From positions 1-54,837 of the forward strand of contig JAKMEW010000086.1 of the NCBI GenBank assembly GCA_022425745.1: 54,837 nt of DNA, read 5' to 3'. The translations under genes were made by a program, and so were the position numbers. Of this stretch, positions 39,452 to 50,045 are shown one piece after another. The notes under the pieces were generated by a model. It saw nothing but the letters and a program-made list of their open reading frames with translations, did not search any database and was not told the DNA's origin. The number at the start of each line of letters is the position of its first letter. Within the stretch, counting starts at the first letter, position 1. The stretch comes from Rubripirellula sp. (GTDB lineage: Bacteria > Planctomycetota > Planctomycetia > Pirellulales > Pirellulaceae).

Positions 39452-40354
39452 ATGATAACGCGAGTTCTTGCTTGGCAACCAATTCACGTGATCATTGGTC
39501 TCAGCCTGACGATAGGCAGTTCAACTCACCTCCTTGCTCAGACTGGATCGGTTGATTCAGAAGTAAAGATTGAAGCAGATATCGTCTATGGTCACAAAGA
39601 CGGCCTCGCAATGACCTTTGATCAATACAAGCCCGCCGTGTCATCACATCGGGGCGCGATCCTTTTTATGGTGAGCGGAGGTTGGTTTTCTAAGTGGGAG
39701 CCTCCGGAACGACAACTTGGTTTTTTCAAACCGTTTCTTGATGCCGGGTTTACGGTATTCGCAATACGACATGGCAGTAGCCCAAAATACACCATCCCCG
39801 AAGCGGTATCGGATGTTCGTACCGCGGTTCGATACATTCGACACCATGAAGAACATTTGAAGATCGACTCGCACCGGCTCGGCGTAATGGGAATGAGCGC
39901 TGGCGGGCACTTGGCTTTGATGCTTGGGACAACTGGCAAAAATGGAAAGCAAAATGCGAGCCGTGTGGAAGAACAGTCGAGCCGCGTGGCTGCAGTGGTG
40001 GCTCTTGTTCCGCCAACCGACCTGCGTGTTGCTGTGTGGGACTCACCCGAATCGTTACCTGCCTACCGGCAATTCCCCGCACTGGATCTTGATCTCACTT
40101 TAGCTGCGGAGAATTCCCCCCTACTACATGTAACCTCGGACGACGCGCCGGCGTTGGTAATCATGGGAGAAAAAGACACCTTGGTTCCGCCCAAACATGG
40201 TGAATGGATTCAGGAAGCTTTCGTCGAGAAGGGGACTCTCTCCAAGCTATTGATTTTACCTGAGGCTGGACATGGACTTGAGGGTCCAGGCAATCAAGCA
40301 ACGGCGTTTCGGGAATCCCTTGCTTGGTTCAATCGATTTCTCGCCGAAAAGTGA
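39452..40354 (+). CDS. Secreted alpha/beta hydrolase (BD-FAE-like esterase)
   Basis: Signal peptide; VSGGW, GMSAGGHL, G.KD.LVP, AGHG. Confidence 0.9.
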   Translation: MITRVLAWQPIHVIIGLSLTIGSSTHLLAQTGSVDSEVKIEADIVYGHKDGLAMTFDQYKPAVSSHRGAILFMVSGGWFSKWEPPERQLGFFKPFLDAGFTVFAIRHGSSPKYTIPEAVSDVRTAVRYIRHHEEHLKIDSHRLGVMGMSAGGHLALMLGTTGKNGKQNASRVEEQSSRVAAVVALVPPTDLRVAVWDSPESLPAYRQFPALDLDLTLAAENSPLLHVTSDDAPALVIMGEKDTLVPPKHGEWIQEAFVEKGTLSKLLILPEAGHGLEGPGNQATAFRESLAWFNRFLAEK

Positions 40355-40545
40355 GCGTTGGCTAACCACGCTAGAACGAGTGGGAACAAGAGGTAGGGAT
40401 TTCCAACAGTACTCTCCTGCTAAGCCTTGCGAATCCCGTATCTTTCCTAATCCGACTTTGGAAGAATCGCTCGACGGACGTCGAACTTGTTGACGAAATT
40501 GTTACAGAGCTGTGCTCGAATTTCTCAACACTGCAACGGTGCAAC

Positions 40546-41154
40546 ATGCCACTGCGTAAACTCTGGAATTCACTTCGTCGCCACAATGCAAGGCCTATCG
40601 AGAAAGTGGCACAGGATGCGTCTGTGGAACAGAGCATCGTGAAACTAAACGGGTCTCCGGATCCCGAAGTAGTAGAAGCCGCGATCAAACCAAGAACGGC
40701 CAGCAAACACGTCTCTGAACTTTGCAGCACGCTGCAGAAGTTAGAGCCAGAGACCATTCTGGAAATTGGTGTCGGTGATGGTCAACGGGCGTTGGAGTAC
40801 CTCTCGGGATTGAGGGACTTGGGTTCGCCGGTACGATACTTTGCGATTGATCAGTTTGAATTGGCCGATGGTGAATTAAGTCTTCGTGAATTTCACCAGA
40901 TGCTTCGGAATGCAGGAATTCGACCTCAGATCTTTCCAGAGCCCGTAGCCGCTGGACTCACTCGATTCCTTCACACGATCGGATCGGCTGATGTGGTGCT
41001 GCTGAATCAGCCTATTCCTGAGGTCGACATACAGCAGGTAAACAGCCTTCTACGACGTATCAGCAACGATCGCACCAGCATCCTTTCTTTGAATGATGGT
41101 AAGCAATGGGTTCCGATGTCGATCGGACTAGACTCTGATCGACTTGCTGCCTGA
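40546..41154 (+). CDS. Hypothetical protein with a class I SAM-methyltransferase-like motif
   Basis: ILEIGVGDG (motif I) followed by YFAIDQFE. Confidence 0.65.
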   Translation: MPLRKLWNSLRRHNARPIEKVAQDASVEQSIVKLNGSPDPEVVEAAIKPRTASKHVSELCSTLQKLEPETILEIGVGDGQRALEYLSGLRDLGSPVRYFAIDQFELADGELSLREFHQMLRNAGIRPQIFPEPVAAGLTRFLHTIGSADVVLLNQPIPEVDIQQVNSLLRRISNDRTSILSLNDGKQWVPMSIGLDSDRLAA

Positions 41155-41422
41155 TCGACGAGTAAAAATACACCACCCCACTACTTCGTCTAGTAACCTG
41201 CAGCCATGCGGCTCCGCGGTGAGCAAACAATCTTGACTTGGTGCGGAATTTATCGATTAGGCGAGAATTAACATCAACGGGACATTGATGTGTCAAAATC
41301 GCGTCTGAAGATCTCTCACGATCGGGCAAATTGCGATTCGCTGAACTATCACATCGTAGGTAGTCGTTAACTAAACGGGGTTAGCACTGCGAAATCGCAC
41401 GGAACTGATAGGATCATCACAA

Positions 41423-41623
41423 ATGCCAAATCGCGGCCTAAGCACTCGATCGAAAAAAGCACTGAACGAAATGATTGGTGAATCAGCAGGTACTGAGATC
41501 GCCGAACTCATCACACAGATGGCCACTGAAATCGAAACCCTACGTCAGAAGGCGATAGTGCATGTGCCCGCACCCGTTGATACCTCTCAAGTAGGAAACA
41601 TGAGCACTCGTCAAAATGCGTGA
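41423..41623 (+). CDS. Small hypothetical protein (66 aa, helical)
   Basis: ATG with AGGA upstream; amphipathic helix/coiled-coil composition; isolated in an intergenic gap. Confidence 0.6.
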   Translation: MPNRGLSTRSKKALNEMIGESAGTEIAELITQMATEIETLRQKAIVHVPAPVDTSQVGNMSTRQNA

Positions 41624-41791
41624 GTGTGGAGAGGGAAAAAGACCGCTTGAATCATGTCATGCATCAGAATCCAGGGAAGTAAGAAATGGCCTGACCTGCT
41701 AAGGTTTTGCAGTACGATTTGTGTCGGTGTCGACACAACGAGTTAAGTCCGCTACCTCAGGCCGAACTTGCATCTTGCAGGCGAGAAGCTT

Positions 41792-42802
41792 ATGACGACA
41801 CACCTCATCACCGGCACCGCTGGATTTATCGGTTTTCACCTCGCCAAAAGACTGCTTGAACGAGGTGAAGAAATCGTAGGCTTTGATAACGTCAACGACT
41901 ATTACAGCGTTTCTCTAAAGCGTGATCGTCTAAGTGAACTTAAAGACTATAAGGGGTTTAAGTTCATCGAAGGAGATCTCGCAAATCAACTCGATGTTGA
42001 TGCTGCCTTCCGATCCTATGACTTTGAACGGGTTGTTCATCTGGCGGCACAAGCTGGGGTGCGTTATTCACTGACGAACCCCAGAGCCTATACAGAGAGC
42101 AATATCACTGGGTTCATCAACATTCTAGAGGCTTGTCGCCATGCAAAGACGCCTCACTTAACGTACGCAAGTAGCAGCAGTGTCTATGGTGGCGGAACGT
42201 CCATGCCTTTTGCCACATCGCAGAGTGTGGATCATCCTTTGAGCCTTTATGCGGCCACCAAGAAAAGTAACGAACTGATGGCTCACACCTACAGCCATCT
42301 CTATGGGCTTCCCACGACTGGATTGAGATTCTTTACTGTCTACGGCCCCTGGGGACGTCCTGACATGGCGTTGTTTCTTTTCACCAAAGCTATCCTCGAA
42401 GGTCGCCCAATTGAGGTGTTCAACGAGGGAAAGATGCGGCGAGACTTCACTTACATTGATGACATCGTCGAAGGTGTCGATCGCACCTCTCAGCAAATCG
42501 CAACCAGCGATGCAAACTGGGATAGTGGCTCCCCAACGCCAGCGAGCAGTAACGCTCCCTACCGCGTCTTTAATATTGGCAACAATGAACCTGTGGAGCT
42601 GAATCACTTCATCGAATGCATTGAAAATTCACTTGGGCTCAAGGCGATTCGAAATCTCTTGCCGATGCAACCGGGGGATGTTCCGGCGACCTATGCCGAC
42701 ATTGAGGCTTTGGAGCAAGCCGTGGGCTTCCGACCTTCTACACCGATCGAAGTGGGAATTGACCGATTTGTGGAGTGGTATCGCAAGTACTATCAGGTGT
42801 AA
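41792..42802 (+). CDS. NAD-dependent epimerase (UDP-glucuronate 4-epimerase-like)
   Basis: Motifs [55 protein letters not shown]. Confidence 0.93.
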   Translation: MTTHLITGTAGFIGFHLAKRLLERGEEIVGFDNVNDYYSVSLKRDRLSELKDYKGFKFIEGDLANQLDVDAAFRSYDFERVVHLAAQAGVRYSLTNPRAYTESNITGFINILEACRHAKTPHLTYASSSSVYGGGTSMPFATSQSVDHPLSLYAATKKSNELMAHTYSHLYGLPTTGLRFFTVYGPWGRPDMALFLFTKAILEGRPIEVFNEGKMRRDFTYIDDIVEGVDRTSQQIATSDANWDSGSPTPASSNAPYRVFNIGNNEPVELNHFIECIENSLGLKAIRNLLPMQPGDVPATYADIEALEQAVGFRPSTPIEVGIDRFVEWYRKYYQV

Positions 42803-42989
42803 TCAGCTAGCACAGTGCGGAAGGTGCGAACCTGCAATCCGCCCATCTCTGGGTCTTTCCCATAAAATACGGCCCCTGAATGCATCGAACAGGCGGGATT
42901 TCAGCCCTCAGCCGTTGACATATCGAGTGCGAAAGCTAACAGTGTCGTCAAACACACACGTCTCTTGATTTTAGGATTCTTTTGTCCTT

Positions 42990-44414
42990 ATGTCCGATGC
43001 CAATTCGTCCGCACCGCGGACCATGCTTGAAAAGATCTGGGATGAACACGTTGTCCATGCTCCCGAATCTGGTCCATCCATCTTGTATGTCGATTTACAT
43101 TTGGTGCATGAAGTCACCAGCCCACAAGCTTTTGAGGGTCTGCGACTAAACCAAAGAGCGATTCGTCGGCCAGAGCGAACCATAGCGACTCCGGATCACA
43201 ACGTTCCCACGTCAGATCGTAGCCTACCGATCGCAGACGAGATTAGTCGCAAACAGATCGAAACACTTCGCGACAACTGCAAAGAGTTCGGAGTCACCCT
43301 TTTTGATATTGGCGATGTACGACAGGGAATCGTTCATGTGATTGGTCCGGAAAACGGCTACACCCAGCCAGGAATGACCATCGTGTGTGGTGACAGCCAC
43401 ACGGCTACGCACGGTGCGTTCGGCGCCCTAGCCTTTGGTATCGGCACCAGCGAAGTCGAGCATGTCTTGGCAACTCAGACGCTAAGACAATTCAAACCGA
43501 AAACCATGGAACTGCGAGTTGATGGGGAACTGCCCCCAGGTGTAACCGCTAAGGACATGATTCTGTATCTCATCGGTCAACTCGGTACTGCTGGCGGTAC
43601 AGGCTACGTCTTGGAATACACCGGACCATGTGTTCGAGCGTTATCGATGGAAGAACGCATGACCGTCTGCAACATGTCAATCGAAGCGGGCGCCCGCGCC
43701 GGAATGATTGCACCAGACGACACGACTTTTGATTACCTACGTGGACGACCTGAAGTTCCTGCCGACTTTGAAAATGCGGTCGCACGCTGGAAACAATTCT
43801 CCAGTGACCCGGGTGCACAGTTTGATGTGTCGAAGGTTTTCAACGGGCAAGACATAGAGCCACAAATCACTTGGGGCACTAACCCCGGACAGGTGTTGGG
43901 TGTTAATCAAACCATTCCAAGTCCAAGCGATTTTTCCGATACGACCGACCAAAAGACCACCAGCAATGCATTAGCATACATGGGCTTGGATGCGGGAACG
44001 CCAATCTCTGACGTCACGATCAATCGAGTATTCATCGGATCGTGCACCAATGCGAGAATCGAGGACCTGCGAGCAGCTGCTAAAGTTCTCAAGGGCCATC
44101 ACGTCTCCTCTGACGTGAACGCAATGGTTGTTCCTGGGAGTGGTCAGGTGAAGGCCCAAGCCGAGAAAGAAGGTCTCGACCTGATCTTTAAGGAATCGGG
44201 TTTCGACTGGCGAGAACCAGGATGCAGCATGTGTCTTGCAATGAATCCAGACAAATTGTCTCCCGGAGAACGATGTGCGAGTACCAGCAATCGAAACTTT
44301 GAGGGTCGCCAAGGAAAAGGTGGACGAACCCACTTGGTAAGTCCAGAAATGGCAGCTGCAGCGGCCGTCTCCGGTAGATTTGTGGACGTTCGCGACTGGG
44401 ATTACAAAGCCTAA
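42990..44414 (+). CDS. leuC: 3-isopropylmalate dehydratase large subunit
   Basis: Motifs [37 protein letters not shown]. Confidence 0.98.
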   Translation: MSDANSSAPRTMLEKIWDEHVVHAPESGPSILYVDLHLVHEVTSPQAFEGLRLNQRAIRRPERTIATPDHNVPTSDRSLPIADEISRKQIETLRDNCKEFGVTLFDIGDVRQGIVHVIGPENGYTQPGMTIVCGDSHTATHGAFGALAFGIGTSEVEHVLATQTLRQFKPKTMELRVDGELPPGVTAKDMILYLIGQLGTAGGTGYVLEYTGPCVRALSMEERMTVCNMSIEAGARAGMIAPDDTTFDYLRGRPEVPADFENAVARWKQFSSDPGAQFDVSKVFNGQDIEPQITWGTNPGQVLGVNQTIPSPSDFSDTTDQKTTSNALAYMGLDAGTPISDVTINRVFIGSCTNARIEDLRAAAKVLKGHHVSSDVNAMVVPGSGQVKAQAEKEGLDLIFKESGFDWREPGCSMCLAMNPDKLSPGERCASTSNRNFEGRQGKGGRTHLVSPEMAAAAAVSGRFVDVRDWDYKA

Positions 44415-44550
44415 CAAGACAGTGTTGAACAACAACGCGTAGACGGATCAAACTACTCGAACGGTGATGTATCACGAACCAGATTTCACCGACGGCTAGC
44501 ATGTCGACCCTTCGATCAACTCATTCATTTAAACATCAGTCATATTCAAA

Positions 44551-45141
44551 ATGCAAAGCTTTACCGTTCACACTGGTGTCGTTGCGACAATGGACCGAGC
44601 CAACGTTGACACTGACCAAATCATCCCAAAACAATTCCTCAAGCGTATCGAGAGAACGGGGTTCGGCCAGTTCTTATTTTACGATTGGCGGTTTCAAGAC
44701 GATGGCTCGACTCCGAATCCCGACTTTGAACTCAATCAGCCGGAGGTCAAAGACGCCAGCATTCTCATTGCACGCCAAAATTTTGGCAGCGGAAGCAGTC
44801 GAGAGCATGCCGTATGGGCCTTGGACGATTACGGCTTCCGAGCAGTGATCGCGCCCTCGTTCGCTGACATCTTCTTCAATAACTGTTTCAAAAATGGCGT
44901 TCTGCCAATCGTCCTTTCCGAGGATGAGGTGAGTGAGATTTTTAAACTCGCAGAATCGCAACCGACCTTGGAACTAACCGTTGACCTTGAAACGCAAAAG
45001 ATTAGCGGTGGTGGAATTGAATACTCGTTCAAGATCGATCCAAGTCGACGGCACAATCTCCTGAATGGCTTAGACGATATCGCCCAGACTCTTCAGCACG
45101 AAGAATTGATCAACGAGTACGAGAGCAATCGATCTTGGTGA
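44551..45141 (+). CDS. leuD: 3-isopropylmalate dehydratase small subunit
   Basis: Motifs [33 protein letters not shown]. Confidence 0.98.
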   Translation: MQSFTVHTGVVATMDRANVDTDQIIPKQFLKRIERTGFGQFLFYDWRFQDDGSTPNPDFELNQPEVKDASILIARQNFGSGSSREHAVWALDDYGFRAVIAPSFADIFFNNCFKNGVLPIVLSEDEVSEIFKLAESQPTLELTVDLETQKISGGGIEYSFKIDPSRRHNLLNGLDDIAQTLQHEELINEYESNRSW

Positions 45142-45199
45142 GCACGAAGGGGCGAGAGGCTTTGCCCCAAAACTTCAAAGATCGGTGAGCCAAGAAAAT

Positions 45200-45261
45200 C
45201 GTCCCGGCTGGGTCGGCATCTCTCGGCATGGAGAAACATGCTTGGAGGTAGCCCCGGGACG
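45200..45261. terminator. Imperfect long hairpin between convergent leuD and htrA-like genes (possible bidirectional terminator)
   Basis: Outer CGTCCCGG/CCGGGACG and inner GCATG-GAGAAA-CATGC. Confidence 0.45.
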
Positions 45262-45289
45262 TTAGAATTAGCTAGATCAAAATGAAAGC

Positions 45290-46681
45290 TTACCGTCTCA
45301 GAGCTGAAGATTGTGAAGCCAGATTCATATGGCCAAAAAGAGTCTGCTCACGACGCACTAAGTAGAACTTAGTCCTTGGACCGTTCTGCATGTCAGGGTG
45401 CTCAAGGATCCCAGCGAGATCAGTAAGACTCGTCGTTTGCCAGCCATGAATCCCGAGAAGCACATCGCCGCTCATGATTCCTTGCTTGGCCGCTGGCGAC
45501 CCAGGTCGAACATCCGAGATGTACAAACCACCCATATATTTTGTTTTCATTCGGTAGTTCAAACGCCGCATGTTGGCCTCTGGAACGGTCTGTGTCCGAA
45601 TTCCGATGACGTCCCAAGCTGTTTGGGCCACCTGATCGGCGTGGGACAAACTGGCATCAAATTGCAGAGCGACTTCCATCCGCTCACCGGAACGTTCTAC
45701 CTCCCAAGCAAGTTGGTCTCCGGGCGCCACTTCCAGCAGAGCGAGCACGTAATCCAAGCGATCCTCAACTTGCTGCGACCCGACGCGGACCACGCGGTCA
45801 CCCGGTTTCAGCCCGTTCCCATTGGCGGGACTGCTTGCGGAGACATTTACGACGGTCACACCGTCGCCCTCGCGGGGTCCGCCGTCGGTTCGCACGCCGG
45901 TGGTGAGCCTTGAATCGTTGTATTGGTCCACCATTTCGGTGACCGTCTCGATCACCTGATCGATTGGAATAGCAAACGCAATCTGTTGCGCCCCAACTCG
46001 TACTGCCACATTGATTCCGATGATCTCGCCATCAATATTTAGCAGTGGGCCACCCGAGTTGCCGGGGTTGATTCCCGCACTGGTTTGAATCAAGTCGTGA
46101 TATTCCTGCTTTTCGTTTACAGGAACTTCTCTGTGTAGCGCACTGATAATGCCTTGGGTGCTGGTGTGTACATACCCGAAAGCATTGCCGATTGCGATGA
46201 CACTCTCACCCACCATGAGGTCCAAACTGGTACCGCGAGGAATGGTCGGAAGCGGCTCATCAGCGTTGATCTTCACCAAGGCGAGATCATTTTTGACACG
46301 AGCGGCGATGAGATCGGCTGTAACTTCCCGACCATCGTCGAGCGTCACGTGGATTTTTTCCACATCCTCGACGACATGGTAGTTCGTAATAACATAGCCA
46401 CGAGGGTCGATGATGACCCCAGTTCCCATGCCGTTAACATGCTTGAACGTCTCGGGACCGGTTGCTCCCGCCATCCCTGCTGCAGTGGTGCGGACTGTTT
46501 TCTGGCCGTGCAAATTCACAACTGCGGGCGATGCCCGGCGAATGGCAAGAACCGTCGGCGTTTCACGGGCGGAGAAATAAACACCGTCGGCAACATCCTC
46601 AGCTTTCGCCAATGCAGCGGTACTTATGACGCCGGTCGCTAGAAGGACGGCGATGCGGAAAACATGGAAGGTTGATCGCAT
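45290..46681 (-). CDS. HtrA/DegP-family trypsin-like serine protease with two PDZ domains
   Basis: Signal peptide; TNYHVV, NDLA, INPGNSGGPL; two PDZ-like segments (SPA..GLKPGD, SPA..GI.SGD). Confidence 0.93.
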   Translation of the reverse strand: MRSTFHVFRIAVLLATGVISTAALAKAEDVADGVYFSARETPTVLAIRRASPAVVNLHGQKTVRTTAAGMAGATGPETFKHVNGMGTGVIIDPRGYVITNYHVVEDVEKIHVTLDDGREVTADLIAARVKNDLALVKINADEPLPTIPRGTSLDLMVGESVIAIGNAFGYVHTSTQGIISALHREVPVNEKQEYHDLIQTSAGINPGNSGGPLLNIDGEIIGINVAVRVGAQQIAFAIPIDQVIETVTEMVDQYNDSRLTTGVRTDGGPREGDGVTVVNVSASSPANGNGLKPGDRVVRVGSQQVEDRLDYVLALLEVAPGDQLAWEVERSGERMEVALQFDASLSHADQVAQTAWDVIGIRTQTVPEANMRRLNYRMKTKYMGGLYISDVRPGSPAAKQGIMSGDVLLGIHGWQTTSLTDLAGILEHPDMQNGPRTKFYLVRREQTLFGHMNLASQSSALRR

Positions 46682-47214
46682 AGAGTCCTGAAGCCGAATC
46701 GTTGCGTTGCAATACTAGCGGTGGTCAACCAAGGGATCACCGTGGACTAACCGGAGTAACCGGAACGAGTGTTGTCATCGGATCATCACCATCCCGCGCT
46801 TGACGTTCGAAAGCTTCATCCTCAAGGTTTGCCAGCCTTAACAGCGCGGGGACATTTGACATCGGAGAAACACACCTTTTCCGATTGAATCACTGGATTT
46901 CCAACCTGCTGTGACCGAAAACCCATCGACTCATGAAGCAAGCCATCATCTTTTTGGGAATTCTTTTGATTTTCGATTCAAGATGATGGTCCTCCGTTCG
47001 CGGTAGCGGGGTTTCCCGCATGGCAGTCCAACTCGTTATGAAATCAGAGCCTTCTGAGAAAATAGAATTCACTCTCATCACTCGTGCTACACAGAGCTCC
47101 GGTTAGAATGGGAGCATCTAGTGCTTGAAAATCAGGTACAGAACTTCACGCCCCTGAAGCTGTGCGGACATCACCGCGTTCCCCAATCTTATTACGACCC
47201 TCAATCTCCGCCCA

Positions 47215-48378
47215 ATGATTGATCTAGCCCAGGAACTCGAAACCAACGTGAAAAAGCAAGGCTTTTTCAAACGTTGGCTGAAGCGACTGCGTAGAACACT
47301 CTCGTCAATCTTTTCGTTCGGCTCTCTGGTGGTTTTATTGGCACTACTGACGGCGATTCCGGTCGTTCAGTTCATCGCGTTTGGATACCTACTCGATGTT
47401 TCAGGTAGGCTCAAGAACGGCTGCAAGTTAAGCGATTCACTTCCAAAGATGCACCAAGCAGGCATTGTCGGTTTGGCAGCTATAGCGATTATCATCGCCG
47501 CGCTCCCCAGTCAGTTATTAACACATTGGGAGTCTGTTGCTCACATCATTGATGCAGATTCGAGGCAAGCAGCTCTTCTACGTGGTGCAGCAATTGCCTC
47601 GTCCATAGTGGCAACATTTTATTTACTTTGGGCTTGGATAAGAGGTGGACGCCTCAAGTGTTACCTGTGGCCGCAGCCGAAACGTCTATTCTCGGAAGGT
47701 TGGCGGTGGAGCACTTGGAAAAATGCACCAGACCAGCTCTGGAACTTCACAACCGCATTTGAACTTCCAAGATATTTTTGGATTGGCTTACGCGGAGCGG
47801 TTGGCACTCTGATCTGGCTTGCACCCACCATCGTGATCATCTTGGCATTCAGGGAAGGAGAGTCAGGACTGGCTGGACTGGTCGGATTCTTGGCGATTCT
47901 GTGCCTTGCATACAGCCTATTTTACCTTCCTTTATTACAAACTCACTTTGCAGCGGAGAATCGTCTCTCAGCAATCTTTGAACGAAAAAAAGTGCGGCAG
48001 TTATTTTCAGCTGCACCATGGGCCACCTTTCTCGCGATGGTTTTTGCCCTGTTTATTACACCCATCCCGCTCTATCTCCTGAAAATCGAGGCAACTCCTC
48101 GTGAAGTGGTTTGGCTGCCTTGCCTCTTGTTCATTGCTTTTATCTTGCCTGCAAGGATCGCAATAGGTCTCGCAATGAGAAGAGCAGAGAGCAAAACCAT
48201 AAGACCAACCTTCATTGGTAAGGCATCGCGGTTTCTGGCAAGAATCGGAATTGGTAGCGTTGTGGCGATCTATGTGCTGTTTGTCTACGTATCACAGTAC
48301 ACAAGCTGGGATGGCTTACTGACATGGGTTCAACAACATGCAATCCTCATTCCAGTACCGTTCCTGAACGGTACCTGA
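47215..48378 (+). CDS. Polytopic membrane protein (DUF4013-like)
   Basis: Many TM segments; the N-terminal AIPVVQFIAFGYLL motif recalls DUF4013. Confidence 0.7.
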   Translation: MIDLAQELETNVKKQGFFKRWLKRLRRTLSSIFSFGSLVVLLALLTAIPVVQFIAFGYLLDVSGRLKNGCKLSDSLPKMHQAGIVGLAAIAIIIAALPSQLLTHWESVAHIIDADSRQAALLRGAAIASSIVATFYLLWAWIRGGRLKCYLWPQPKRLFSEGWRWSTWKNAPDQLWNFTTAFELPRYFWIGLRGAVGTLIWLAPTIVIILAFREGESGLAGLVGFLAILCLAYSLFYLPLLQTHFAAENRLSAIFERKKVRQLFSAAPWATFLAMVFALFITPIPLYLLKIEATPREVVWLPCLLFIAFILPARIAIGLAMRRAESKTIRPTFIGKASRFLARIGIGSVVAIYVLFVYVSQYTSWDGLLTWVQQHAILIPVPFLNGT

Positions 48379-48454
48379 TGCCTCCACCGGTGCCTTTGCG
48401 ATAGACGCTGGCGACTTACCCGTCCAAAAACTCGACAAACCGAAGTTCATCCTG

Positions 48455-49786
48455 ATGCCTCCGAGACACGTCAACATCATCATCGTGACGGCCTGTTTCA
48501 GCATGCTTTGCTATGTTGTTCAGCGCCGAACCAAAACTGCGTTGATGGTTGGCGACGCGATTGCAATGATCGATGCCTATTACGTTGACCCGGTCGATGC
48601 GGATCAACTCGTTGTCTCAGCTTTGAACGGTATGACACAGAGCCTTGATGACCACAGTGAATTTATCGGAGAACAGAACTACCAAGCTTTTCAGGATAGC
48701 ATCCAACAAGAATTTGCGGGGATTGGCATTTATGTGGAGCAACCAGAATCAGATCAACCTGTTCGCGTGATTACACCGCTCGTTGGATCACCCGCCTTGG
48801 AAGCTGGCCTGCTGCCCGGTGACCGAATCTTGAGTGTTGACAACGAAGACGTGTCGTCCATGCCATTAGCAGAGGTAAGTCAAAGACTGAAAGGTCCGAT
48901 CGGTACCGAAATTACGATCGGCATTCAACGGGAAAGCAATACCCTTGATATTCGCGTGAAACGTGATCGCATCGAGATTGAATCGGTCATCGGAGATCAT
49001 CGCAATCAAGACAATGGCTGGGTCTACCGCCTCGCTAAACGGCCGGAAGTTGCTTACCTTCGATTGACCAGCTTTGGAGACCGTACAGTTGACGAAACTC
49101 GAAATGCGTTAGCAAGTCTTGGACAAGAATACGATGGCCTGATTCTTGATCTACGAGGCAACGGAGGTGGGCTCCTGCATGCAGCTGTAGAAATCAGCGA
49201 TATGTTTCTCTCGGAGGGACGCATTGTTTCTACGCGGACACGTGGCGGGGTACTGGAAGACCAATTTGATGCGACAGAGGGAACCCTTGTAGATCCGAGC
49301 ATACCGATCGCGATACTGATCGACCAAGATTCGGCAAGCGCAAGTGAGATTGTTGCCGCGTGCATGCAAGATCATGATCGCGCCGTCATCGTCGGAGAAC
49401 GAAGTTTTGGAAAGGGAACGGTACAAAATATATTGCCACTTCAGTACGGACGCAGTGCCTTACGGCTTACGGTCGCGAGGTACTACCGACCTAACGGCGA
49501 GAACATCCATCGAAAACGTGATGCCAAGGAGGACGAGCAATGGGGCGTGCTTCCGGATTCGGGTTCTGAAGTCGGATTAGATTCAAACAAAATTGAGGCC
49601 TTGGCGAGACGTTGGCGAGAATCCTCCTACCCATCATTGTCGGCTTCCTCGGAGGGCACTACCAATGAAACTGACCACCCTGATTCAAGTAATACCACTG
49701 AAGATCCATCACCAATCTCGGTTAACGAAAGTGATCGTCTTGATGACCAACTTTGGGCAGCAGTTGATGCACTGAAACTAGACTGA
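48455..49786 (+). CDS. ctpA: S41 carboxyl-terminal processing protease
   Basis: LDDHS, FAGIGI, PDZ domain, LDLRGNGGG, SASASEI (Ser), SFGKGTVQ (Lys). Confidence 0.93.
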   Translation: MPPRHVNIIIVTACFSMLCYVVQRRTKTALMVGDAIAMIDAYYVDPVDADQLVVSALNGMTQSLDDHSEFIGEQNYQAFQDSIQQEFAGIGIYVEQPESDQPVRVITPLVGSPALEAGLLPGDRILSVDNEDVSSMPLAEVSQRLKGPIGTEITIGIQRESNTLDIRVKRDRIEIESVIGDHRNQDNGWVYRLAKRPEVAYLRLTSFGDRTVDETRNALASLGQEYDGLILDLRGNGGGLLHAAVEISDMFLSEGRIVSTRTRGGVLEDQFDATEGTLVDPSIPIAILIDQDSASASEIVAACMQDHDRAVIVGERSFGKGTVQNILPLQYGRSALRLTVARYYRPNGENIHRKRDAKEDEQWGVLPDSGSEVGLDSNKIEALARRWRESSYPSLSASSEGTTNETDHPDSSNTTEDPSPISVNESDRLDDQLWAAVDALKLD

Positions 49787-50045
49787 AATCGCTGCGAAAC
49801 GAACTGCATCAGGGCGATTTTTCGACACTCAAATTCGACACAATCGACACAATCCATCTTCGCAGAAAGGTGATTTAAAACAGAATCATTCAGATGCTTG
49901 TTTTTCTTGAGAAAAACAGCTTCAGGCGAAGCCTCAACCGGAACTCAGATCCTTTTTAGCCGATGTCCTTTGATGAGTCGAAAACAAGCTCAGTGACACC
50001 CTCATTCATCTTCACACCGCTTTTGTAAGCCACAAAGGTCGCCTC

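Noticed and set aside
15237-40354. Integrative element at tRNA-Arg
   Set aside because: No integrase or transposase. The only echo of the tRNA 3' end is an 8-nt CCCGTGGG (near 33587), which is expected by chance.
42803-42989. Leucine attenuator upstream of leuC
   Set aside because: The only short ORF (MHRTGGISALSR) has one Leu and there is no terminator hairpin. A TTGACA at 42915 lacks a good -10 element.
46890-47081. 63-aa ORF in the htrA/membrane-protein divergent region
   Set aside because: No recognisable features; the region is more likely promoter DNA.
49835-49854. TCGACACAA tandem repeat
   Set aside because: Only two copies; not distinguishable from chance slippage.
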